From Candidatus Nanopusillus acidilobi (lineage in GTDB: Archaea; Nanobdellota; Nanobdellia; Nanobdellales; Nanobdellaceae), in the NCBI GenBank assembly GCA_001552015.1, contig CP010514.1:573888-605887 (forward strand): 32,000 bases of DNA. The letters run 5' to 3'. A program made the position numbers and the translations under genes. Within the stretch, counting starts at the first letter, position 1. Each line of letters begins with the position of its first letter. The notes beneath the pieces were generated by a model. It worked only from the letters and a program-made list of their open reading frames with translations, ran no database searches and was not told the origin of the DNA. Positions 18,292-26,396 of this stretch are shown here, piece after piece.

Positions 18292-19251
18292 TTATATATA
18301 CCATTCTTTTTTATTTTTTATATAGGATATCAAAAATTCTTTTAATTTATTATAATCATAAAAAATATTCATATTATTATAATTATAATTTTTAATAAAT
18401 TCATTAAGTATTTTTTCTTCTCTTTCTGTAAAAAGATCTTTTTTAGAGAAATATAATATTATTTCTTTATTAAATATCTTTTTTATCATATTTAATAGAT
18501 TTACCTGTTCTTCAATACTATATCCACATGTTTCAGTCAAATCAAAAATATATATAATCAAATTTGCAAGATAATTTAATGCCAATATTGATTTTTTCTC
18601 TATTTCATTCATTTCTTCTATTGGTCTATCTAAAATTCCTGGTGTATCAATTACCTGTATATCAAAATATGGTGTTTTAATATATCCTATCATTAAATCT
18701 TTTGTTGTAAATGGATATGGCTCAATTTTAACATTTGATCCTGTCAAATTTTTTAATAATGTACTTTTTCCAACATTTGGTAAACCTGAAATAACAACTG
18801 TAGGCAAATTTTTAATATTCGGAATTTTTCTTCTTCTATTTAAATAAATATTATAATATTTAAATATTATCCAATTTCTTCTTAATATACTAGATATTCT
18901 TCCATAAAATTCCCTTCTATATTTTTCTATTAATTTTTTATCTTTTGTTAACTTTATATCATCTTTATACTTTAAATAAACTTGTTTTATTATTTTTCTT
19001 ATATATTTTATCCTTTCTCTTAATTTCTTTATATTTATATCTGCAAATAACAATTTATATAATTCTTTATAGAATTTGTTTTCAGGTAAAAATATATCAT
19101 TATATATTTTTTCTAATTTATCATCAATATATTGATATATTGTTTGTAATTTTACAATATTTCTTTCTTTTATATCATAAAATTGATTACCATTATTCTT
19201 TGCTCTTTTAAATGCAGATGATAATAATTCTTCTACAAATTTATATTTCAT
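18292..19251 (-). CDS. Nog1-like GTPase
   Basis: G1 'VVISGLPNVGKSTLLKNLTG', 'EPYPFTTKDLMIGYI', G3 'IQVIDTPGILDRPIEEMNEIEKKSILAL', 'YFSKKDLF'; N-terminal helical Nog1-type region. Confidence 0.88.
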   Translation of the reverse strand: MKYKFVEELLSSAFKRAKNNGNQFYDIKERNIVKLQTIYQYIDDKLEKIYNDIFLPENKFYKELYKLLFADINIKKLRERIKYIRKIIKQVYLKYKDDIKLTKDKKLIEKYRREFYGRISSILRRNWIIFKYYNIYLNRRRKIPNIKNLPTVVISGLPNVGKSTLLKNLTGSNVKIEPYPFTTKDLMIGYIKTPYFDIQVIDTPGILDRPIEEMNEIEKKSILALNYLANLIIYIFDLTETCGYSIEEQVNLLNMIKKIFNKEIILYFSKKDLFTEREEKILNEFIKNYNYNNMNIFYDYNKLKEFLISYIKNKKEWYI

Positions 19252-19280
19252 AAAAATTTATATTATAAAAAATTAAAAAA

Positions 19281-19724
19281 CTATTCTAAATTAATTTTCT
19301 TTCCTTCATGGCCTGGTTTTTTCCCTATTTCAATCCTTAATACTCCATTTTCATATTTTGCCTTTATAGAATTCTCATCTGCATCTTCTGGTAATGGAAT
19401 TATCCTTCTATATCCTGAAAATACTCTTTCCGACATTATATAGTTCTCATCTTTTTCTTCCTTTTCAATTTTTCTTGATGCTACAATTTTTAGATGATGA
19501 TCTACTAAGGTAACATCTATATCCTTCTTATCAACTCCAGGTAAATCAATTTCTACTAAATATTTATCTCCTTTATCTACTACATCTACTGCAGGTACTT
19601 CATATTCAAAGTTAAATCTTAATCCCTTTCTTGCTCTATTGAATATTTTTCTCCATAATCTCATCTGTCTAGCAAATTCTCTCCTAATTTCGTCATATAT
19701 GTCATTAAAGTCATCTGTGTCCAT
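19281..19724 (-). CDS. hsp20: Hsp20/alpha-crystallin small heat shock protein
   Basis: 'VPAVDVVDKGDKYLVEIDLPGVDKKDIDVTLVDHHLKIVA...SERVFSGYRRIIPLPEDADENSIKAKYENGVLRIEIGK'. Confidence 0.93.
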   Translation of the reverse strand: MDTDDFNDIYDEIRREFARQMRLWRKIFNRARKGLRFNFEYEVPAVDVVDKGDKYLVEIDLPGVDKKDIDVTLVDHHLKIVASRKIEKEEKDENYIMSERVFSGYRRIIPLPEDADENSIKAKYENGVLRIEIGKKPGHEGKKINLE

Positions 19725-19728
19725 AATA

Positions 19729-20610
19729 TTATTTTTTCTTTAATGGTTTATAAGATAATAAAGACGCATAATCAACAACATTCTTTTCATCATTATTTAT
19801 TTCAGATGATAAAATATGATTTATTAGATCTATCTTTCCTTTATATAATTTTGTATATTCTATAAAGAATAAAAATGGATATTTTCCGCAAAATATTTTA
19901 CTATCTACTTCCAATTTATATAATTTTTCAGAATCTAAATTTAATGTATATTTTATTATTTTTTCAGATTCTTTTTTTACATTTTTAGATATATTCTCTT
20001 TATATATAATATTTCCATAAAATTCTCCATGATGATATAAATTTCCAGTGGATATTAATATTATTTTTCTATCTAATTCTTTTGATAATTCTTTTAATAA
20101 TTTAACAAAATCTTTTATCATTTCTAATTCAATATCTTTTACAATTATTGGAACAATCTTTACTTTATCTTTAAATAAATATCTTAATATGGGTAATTGA
20201 ACTTCAATTGAATATTCATATCTAGATAATATTGGATTTTCATATGAATCATAATTATTTAATATTTTTCTAGCAAATTCTACATCTGTTCTAATTATAC
20301 CAAAAGGAGTATACCAATCGTCAATTATCAAATTTATTTTTTGACCAATATTATAATGATTTGGACCAATAATTATTATTGTATCAAAATCAAAATTCTC
20401 ATATAATTCTTTATATAATTTTATAGAAACTGGTAAAAAGTATTCATAACTTGCATGTGGAACAATACCAGAAATTATATTTTTTTCCTTTTTTATATTT
20501 TTTGGAATATACCCAGGTCCATATCTTTTATCCATAAAGTATTGTTCGATTTGAGAAAGTAAATCAGAAGAATCAAATGAATAAAATCCCTTTGCTTTCA
20601 TAAATTGCAT
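19729..20610 (-). CDS. MEMO1 family protein (AmmeMemoRadiSam system protein B)
   Basis: 'GIVPHASYEYFLPVSIKLYKEL', 'IIIIGPNHYNIGQ', 'RYEYSIEVQLPILRYLF', 'ILISTGNLYHHGE'. Confidence 0.85.
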   Translation of the reverse strand: MQFMKAKGFYSFDSSDLLSQIEQYFMDKRYGPGYIPKNIKKEKNIISGIVPHASYEYFLPVSIKLYKELYENFDFDTIIIIGPNHYNIGQKINLIIDDWYTPFGIIRTDVEFARKILNNYDSYENPILSRYEYSIEVQLPILRYLFKDKVKIVPIIVKDIELEMIKDFVKLLKELSKELDRKIILISTGNLYHHGEFYGNIIYKENISKNVKKESEKIIKYTLNLDSEKLYKLEVDSKIFCGKYPFLFFIEYTKLYKGKIDLINHILSSEINNDEKNVVDYASLLSYKPLKKK

Positions 20611-20661
20611 AATTTTATTTTGAAATTATAATTTATTAATTTTTTTAGCATTTTTATTGTT

Positions 20662-21477
20662 ATGATTGCTGGATTAGAGATACATCAACAAATTGATACA
20701 AAAGAAAAACTATTTTGTAATTGTCCTACGAACTTAAGTGATAAATATGATTATAGAATTGAAAGAAAATTGAGAGCAACATTGAGTGAAATTGGGAAAA
20801 AGGATATTGCTGCAGAATATGAGACTATGAAGGATAAAAAATATATATATGAATATTCTAAAGATTATTCTTGTTTAGTTGAACTTGATGAAGAACCTCC
20901 ACATTTAATTAATATTGAAGCACTAAAATTTGGAATATTAATTTCAACTTTTTTTAATATGTATATTCCAAAGGTTTTACAGGTTATGAGAAAAATTGTT
21001 GTAGATGGATCAAATACATCTGGTTTTCAAAGAACATTATTATTATCATTAAATGGAGAATTAAAATATAAAGATAAAAAAATAAGTATTGGAACAATTT
21101 GTATTGAAGAAGATGCTGCAAGAAAAAATGAAGAAGGAGAAGATTACATAATTTATAGATTGGATAGATTGGGAATACCATTAATAGAAATATCTACAGG
21201 TCCTGATTTAAAAGATCCAAAAGAAGTAAAGGAAGTAGCTGAATATATTGGATTAATATTAAGATTAACTGAAAAAGTAAAAAGAGGATTGGGAACTATT
21301 AGACAGGATGTAAATATATCAATAGAAGGAGGAGAAAAAATTGAAATAAAGGGCGTACAGAATTTAAAAATAATAGATAAAGTTTGCGAACTTGAAGTAA
21401 AAAGACAAGAAAGAATGATAGAATGGAAAAAAATTATGAATGAAAGAGGTATTGAAGGATACGAATTAATAGAATAG
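20662..21477 (+). CDS. gatE: Glu-tRNA(Gln) amidotransferase subunit E, catalytic cradle domain only (271 aa)
   Basis: 'MIAGLEIHQQIDTKEKLFCNCPTNL', 'DEEPPHLINIEAL', 'VMRKIVVDGSNTSGFQRTLL', 'CIEEDAARKNEEG', 'RLDRLGIPLIEISTGPDL', 'TEKVKRGLGTIRQDVNISIEGGEKIEIKGVQNL'; stops where the GAD insertion/tail domains should follow. Confidence 0.85.
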   Translation: MIAGLEIHQQIDTKEKLFCNCPTNLSDKYDYRIERKLRATLSEIGKKDIAAEYETMKDKKYIYEYSKDYSCLVELDEEPPHLINIEALKFGILISTFFNMYIPKVLQVMRKIVVDGSNTSGFQRTLLLSLNGELKYKDKKISIGTICIEEDAARKNEEGEDYIIYRLDRLGIPLIEISTGPDLKDPKEVKEVAEYIGLILRLTEKVKRGLGTIRQDVNISIEGGEKIEIKGVQNLKIIDKVCELEVKRQERMIEWKKIMNERGIEGYELIE

Positions 21478-21508
21478 ATTTATATTTTTTAATAGATCAT
21501 AATTCTTA

Positions 21509-21990
21509 ATGAAAACTCAATTTGGAACAATTCTTGTAGAAATTATATTATTTATAGTTGCTGGTATTGCTGCTTATATATTTGTTTCTACTGCATATAA
21601 TAATTTAAATGGAATAAGCAATGCTGCAGTTGCAAATTCTAAATCATTACAAAATCAATTAAATACATATATTACATTAGATTCATGTGCATATAATAGT
21701 ACTACAAATTTATTATATTTCTATGTAACAAATAGAGGAAGTGTTTGTATTAAATCAAAATCTAACATTATTATTTATTAATGGAGAACTAATAAATAAT
21801 ACTCAAAATATATATTGCAAATAGTTATACTGGTACTTCTGCTTGGGGTCCATATGATACAATTGCAATTGTTACAAATATTTCTATAGTAACAAACTTT
21901 TATCAAGTAAGAATTGTAGCATCTACTGGGGCATATACAGAGAATACAATATATATTAATACAACTGCAAGTACATGTACAATAGAATGA
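21509..21990 (+). CDS. Archaeal pilin/archaellin-like protein, interrupted by two apparent +1 frameshifts
   Basis: MKTQFGTILVEIILFIVAGIAAYIFVSTAYNN...NLLYFYVTNRGSVCIKSKSN / INGELINNTQNIYC / ANSYTGTSAWGPYDTIAIVTNISIVTNFYQVRIVASTGAYTENTIYINTTASTCTIE*. The reading moves +1 near 21775 and again near 21815. Confidence 0.55.
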
Positions 21991-22434
21991 GATCTGATTT
22001 AGGATCAATTATTGGAGCAATTATTGGATTCGTTATTTTTATTGTTTCTTCATCAGTTTTATATTTAATTTTAAATAATTATTATAAAAAACTTTTATTA
22101 TACGGCAAATTCAATAGATAATCAAATAAAAAATATTGTTGGAGAAAGTATAAAATTTTTAAATAATCAAACAAACTATTCAAATCCTTATTTAATTATA
22201 TATAATAATGGAAATAAGGCATTGGATTTATCATGTTTTCAATTATATGTTAATGGATATTTCTCTCCATTTAATTATTCTATAAATTATTTATATTCAT
22301 CAAATTTATTATTGCCTGGAGAAAATGCAACAATATATTTTAATAATAATTATTTAGTAAATAATTCATGGAATTATATAATATTGGTATCTTGTTATGG
22401 GGTTAAGTTTCAAACTTTAATATATGCTAATTAA
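21987..22434 (+). CDS. Second pilin/archaellin-like protein, interrupted by one apparent +1 frameshift
   Basis: ATGA overlap with the previous gene. MRSDLGSIIGAIIGFVIFIVSSSVLYLILNNYYKK then +1 frame NFYYTANSIDNQIKNIVGESIKFLNNQTNYSNPYLIIYNNGNKALDLSCFQLYVNGY...KFQTLIYAN*; shift near an A6 run at 22086-22091. Confidence 0.55.
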
Positions 22435-22444
22435 TTAATATAAT

Positions 22445-24055
22445 ATGAGATTACAATCTGAAATGATTATAGCATTAATATTGTTAATAGTAGGAGCTCT
22501 TGCTACTGTAATAATATACAATATAATATCTCCAAATTTAAATATAATAAATCCTTCTGGACAGGAAATTTCAAGATCTTTAGAATTAAATTTCCAATTA
22601 TTAGATTATTTTATAGTAAATAATACATTATATGCATATGTAAAACCCTCAGAACCAGTTAATTATTCTCAAGTATTTGCAATTTTAAATGATAGATTAG
22701 TTAATGTTTATCCTTATAATTCAAATGGATCAATTGTAAATCCATATAATAATGGTTTATTAATTGTTGTTGCAAATTTATCTCAAATTCCTCCAGATCA
22801 AAATGGAAATTATAAATTAGAAGTTGGATTAGAAAATGATATAATTGGAGTATTTGATATAAAATATATTTCTAATTCATTAATTAATTATTTTCAACCT
22901 CCAATTGTTTTTAATATATCGGTCATATCAACCTCCCTTACATGTCAATTACCATATTTACCTTTAATATTATACAATAGTCAATCTATTCCAACTCCTT
23001 CTCCTTTTCAACAGGATATTGCAATATGTAATGGAACAATTAATATTGGTAATAGTTTTGCATATGTAAATAATGCAACATTATTTAATGAAATAAATAG
23101 AAATGGATCTAATGTATACTTTACAACAACCTGTAATAGTACCCCAAATATATATTCATGGTATGAAGGTCAATTAATTAATGGAAGTACATATTGTGAT
23201 GTTTGGTGGATAAATTTATCTAATGGAATTCCTGCTAATTCAAATATTACAATATATATGTATATAGGAAATAGTAGTGATAATTATTATTCCCAATATT
23301 ATCCATATGTTGGTACTTCTCCTCAAGTAATTTCAGGATATGATAATGGTCAAGATGTATTTATAGCATATGGATATTTTAACAATACATTTGATGGATG
23401 GAGTAGATATGTTTATTCAGGATCATTTTCTCCAACAGCAACTTCAAATGGTATTGAAATGATAAATAATAATGGTGGTGAAGGTACATATATTTTACCT
23501 CCAAATAATGAAAATATTCCAGAAATACCTTTAATTGTTGAAGAAGCCTGGTATCATACTCAAAGTGCAGATGCAAATACTATATCCTTATTTGGAAATA
23601 CAAATAGTCAGGTAGATGTAACTAATATAGGAGGTACAGACGGTGGTTCCACACCAGCATCTAGTTCATCTACATTTGTACAATTTGAATATTATGGTGG
23701 ACAACCATATGTTATGTTAAAATCTGCAGTAACAGATCAATATTTAAGTTATACATCTTTCCCAACATCTGGTGGAACTGTTTATTCATATTTAATAGTT
23801 AATTCTACATATGCACAAACAGGATATTATATTTATAATTCTAATCAAGTATGGGCTCCTTTAACATTATTAGATACATATAATATAAATTATAATGGAT
23901 ATACATATTATAATTTAAATTATAATCCTTTCCAATATGGTACATTAGAAATTGGTGCAGGAACTGGTGGAGCTGCTTCATACCAATATGAAGAATGGGT
24001 TGTTGCTAGAGCATATCCTCCAAATGGTGTAATGCCTTCAATTTATATTGGTTAA
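22445..24055 (+). CDS. Large N-terminally anchored surface protein with DUF2341-like region, putative adhesin
   Basis: Pilin-like N-terminal helix 'MRLQSEMIIALILLIVGALATVIIYNII', then 'PLILYNSQS...YSWYEGQLINGSTYCDVWWINLSNGIPANSNITIYMYIGNSS', 'FNNTFDGWSRYVYSGS', low-complexity SSSS linker, many NxS/T sequons. Confidence 0.7.
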   Translation: MRLQSEMIIALILLIVGALATVIIYNIISPNLNIINPSGQEISRSLELNFQLLDYFIVNNTLYAYVKPSEPVNYSQVFAILNDRLVNVYPYNSNGSIVNPYNNGLLIVVANLSQIPPDQNGNYKLEVGLENDIIGVFDIKYISNSLINYFQPPIVFNISVISTSLTCQLPYLPLILYNSQSIPTPSPFQQDIAICNGTINIGNSFAYVNNATLFNEINRNGSNVYFTTTCNSTPNIYSWYEGQLINGSTYCDVWWINLSNGIPANSNITIYMYIGNSSDNYYSQYYPYVGTSPQVISGYDNGQDVFIAYGYFNNTFDGWSRYVYSGSFSPTATSNGIEMINNNGGEGTYILPPNNENIPEIPLIVEEAWYHTQSADANTISLFGNTNSQVDVTNIGGTDGGSTPASSSSTFVQFEYYGGQPYVMLKSAVTDQYLSYTSFPTSGGTVYSYLIVNSTYAQTGYYIYNSNQVWAPLTLLDTYNINYNGYTYYNLNYNPFQYGTLEIGAGTGGAASYQYEEWVVARAYPPNGVMPSIYIG

Positions 24056-24081
24056 AAATATAAATGATAAATAATTTTTAT

Positions 24082-24154
24082 GGTCCGGGTAGCCTAGTGG
24101 TAAGGCGTCGGGCTGTGGACCCGAAGATCGCGGGTTCGAATCCCGCCCCGGACC
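24082..24154 (+). tRNA. tRNA-His (anticodon GTG) with genomically encoded G-1 and C73
   Basis: G-GTCCGGGTAGCCTAGTGGTAAGGCGTCGGGCTGTGGACCCGAAGATCGCGGGTTCGAATCCCGCCCCGGACC; loop CTGTGGA. Confidence 0.93.
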
Positions 24155-25087
24155 CTAATGAGTTTCCCAGCCAACAGTTTTTTCAAATCCTAAAATTTTC
24201 TTAATATAACTTTCTAACAATAATTTTTCTTTATTTGTTATTTTACATAAATTATGGGCCATTTTTAATCCTCTTGGATAAGATTTCTGATCATAAATAA
24301 CTTCTTTTATTATTTCTTTAAATTTTTCTTTTCCAATTTTTTCCATTCCTTCTAATCTATATATATGATCATTATATCTTGCCCTAAAGTATATTAAATA
24401 TAAATTTTTGTTACAAAATGGACAATTTGGAATTTTTGAACCTAAAAATTCTTTTATTTGTTTTTCTTTAATATCTGTATAAAATATTTCTGATGGAAAA
24501 ATTCTCATCAATGTTAGTAAATCTGATCTACCTGTTTTTATTATATCTAAATTTAATATTCTCTTTGCAACTGCCAATAAATTTCCATTATTTATTAAAT
24601 ATTCAAAGTTTTCTAAAAATTCTTTTCTTCTATTTTCAACATTCTCATCATAAAAATTATACAGAAATTTTGAATATAATATGGAATCTGATATTATTGA
24701 TCCATCTATAAATATATATCTATCAGAATATTTTCTTGCCAATCTATATTCTAAATTTTTTGATAATAATTCTGAAATATCTTGAATGTCGAAATTTTCA
24801 TTATTCATCGATCTTATAAAAGATGTTTCGAAAAATTCTATATCTTCTATACTTTCATATATATCATCAGAAACAATTACTGCTCTTGAATATACATAAC
24901 TATAAGGTCCGACAATACCATTTACAAGAGAAGAGTCTATAAATCCATATTTTTTCTTTTCTTTTATCTCAATATTATCCAAATCTAATTTTTCAATATT
25001 AATTTTTTCTTCCTTATTATTTTCTTCATCTTTTTTTATTTGATTGATTTTTTGATTTATCTTTTCTAATAAATTTTTTGTTAACAT
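24155..25087 (-). CDS. NurA-like nuclease
   Basis: 'YGFIDSSLVNGIVGPYSYVYSRAVIV', 'YIFIDGSIISD', C-terminal 'YPRGLKMAHNLCKITNKE' as in NurA-domain proteins. Confidence 0.6.
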   Translation of the reverse strand: MLTKNLLEKINQKINQIKKDEENNKEEKINIEKLDLDNIEIKEKKKYGFIDSSLVNGIVGPYSYVYSRAVIVSDDIYESIEDIEFFETSFIRSMNNENFDIQDISELLSKNLEYRLARKYSDRYIFIDGSIISDSILYSKFLYNFYDENVENRRKEFLENFEYLINNGNLLAVAKRILNLDIIKTGRSDLLTLMRIFPSEIFYTDIKEKQIKEFLGSKIPNCPFCNKNLYLIYFRARYNDHIYRLEGMEKIGKEKFKEIIKEVIYDQKSYPRGLKMAHNLCKITNKEKLLLESYIKKILGFEKTVGWETH

Positions 25088-25123
25088 AAAAATATTTTTA
25101 TATTAAATTATATTAAATATGTA

Positions 25124-25183
25124 TCCCCCGCTTAGACGAACCAATATGAAAAGATGAGTATTGGTAACGATGGGCGGGGGACA
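25124..25183 (+). ncRNA. Archaeal H/ACA box guide sRNA (single hairpin)
   Basis: Lower stem CCCCCGC (25125-25131) / GCGGGGG (25174-25180) followed directly by ACA (25181-25183); pocket TTAGACGA (25132-25139) and AACGATGG (25166-25173); upper stem ACCAATA (25140-25146) / TATTGGT (25159-25165) capped by TGAAAAGATGAG (k-loop/L7Ae-type UGA...GA elements). Upper-stem base to ACA is 15 nt, within the 14-16 nt rule. Confidence 0.75.
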
Positions 25184-25188
25184 TTTAT

Positions 25189-25273
25189 GCCGCGGTGCCC
25201 GAGCGGACCAAGGGGTATGGCTGGAGACCATATCCCCGAAAGGGGACGTGGGTTCAAATCCCACCCGCGGCGG
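25189..25273 (+). tRNA. tRNA-Ser (anticodon GGA)
   Basis: GCCGCGGTGCCCGAGCGGACCAAGGGGTATGGCTGGAGACCATATCCCCGAAAGGGGACGTGGGTTCAAATCCCACCCGCGGCG; class II long arm, loop CTGGAGA. Confidence 0.95.
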
Positions 25274-25408
25274 ATTTTGCTTAAACTATTTTCATCTGTA
25301 AGTAAATTATTAATTACGTAAATCTTTAGTTAAAACCATACACTATAGGCAATCTATCTTAAAGGTGATAAAGTAAAATTTATAAATGTTTACTATTATT
25401 ATTATTAT

Positions 25409-26215
25409 ATGGTCATGACAACAATAAAAGATACATTTCAAAAGGCTACGAATCCATTTCGTAAAGCAATAGATGATAGATGGCAGTATCTTTCAGATGA
25501 CGATAGAAGAGAAATAGCAAGATATCTAGCAGATAAGAAAGATATAATAGAACGTTACTTTTATACTATCAATAAGAATAATAGTGATAAAGTACTAGAT
25601 TCTATTGAACAATTTGCACGTCTTAAAGGATCTTCTATAGATCTACCTACTATATCTCAGTATTTTGATATGCTAGAAAACCTTGATAAAATAATAGAAG
25701 AAATAGATAAAGGTTTCTTCAATTCTTTACCCAAATATAATAATGTAGTAAAACCAAACAACTATTATATGGAAATCGCATTTGACATAGATGGAAATCC
25801 AAAAGATCAAAAAGGAACTTTAGTTGATATATTAAAAAAGCTAATAGGAAACGTCGGAGCTAGAGGTTATCCTATATCTTATTATAACGGAACTGACAAC
25901 TTTCCAATACAATATTATATGGAATTCTATCCAGATCGAACTCACATAAGAATTTTCATTCATACATCCTATATACCCCCAGCTATAGTAGGTTATTTAC
26001 TTTATGAGCTAAACAATATTAAAGGAAAAGAATCAATAATACCTCCAAGCGGACAACAATATCATATTATTAATAATGTAGCAGGAATTATTAATAATCG
26101 CATAGGAATAGACATAGATCAACGTATAGCTTCTTATGCCGGCCAAGCTCTTTGGCAATATAGTTTCTTATATAGATTTTTTAGGGTAGAAGAAATTCCG
26201 TATTGGATTACTTAA
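25409..26215 (+). CDS. Orphan protein of unknown function, possibly horizontally acquired
   Basis: 268-aa ORF with upstream TATA-like tttataaa; many CGN arginine codons, unlike its neighbours. Confidence 0.7.
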   Translation: MVMTTIKDTFQKATNPFRKAIDDRWQYLSDDDRREIARYLADKKDIIERYFYTINKNNSDKVLDSIEQFARLKGSSIDLPTISQYFDMLENLDKIIEEIDKGFFNSLPKYNNVVKPNNYYMEIAFDIDGNPKDQKGTLVDILKKLIGNVGARGYPISYYNGTDNFPIQYYMEFYPDRTHIRIFIHTSYIPPAIVGYLLYELNNIKGKESIIPPSGQQYHIINNVAGIINNRIGIDIDQRIASYAGQALWQYSFLYRFFRVEEIPYWIT

Positions 26216-26396
26216 AATATCATAAAGAATTTTAGAAATCAGAAACAACTTTTTCAGTATTTCAGATAAAAATTTTTTAATTTCTTAAAATATTGTCAGA
26301 ACTTATATCTTCTTCTTTAATTAAATCTAAATTGTTTTATTAAATACTTTGCTATAATTTTTATTTTTTAATAATTTTATAGATTATATATATTTT

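Noticed and set aside
21778-22008. 76-aa minus-strand ORF 'MILNQISFYCTCTCSCINIYCILCICPSRCY...'
   Set aside because: Its Cys richness is an artifact of antisense reading; the plus strand here encodes the C-terminus of a pilin-like protein.
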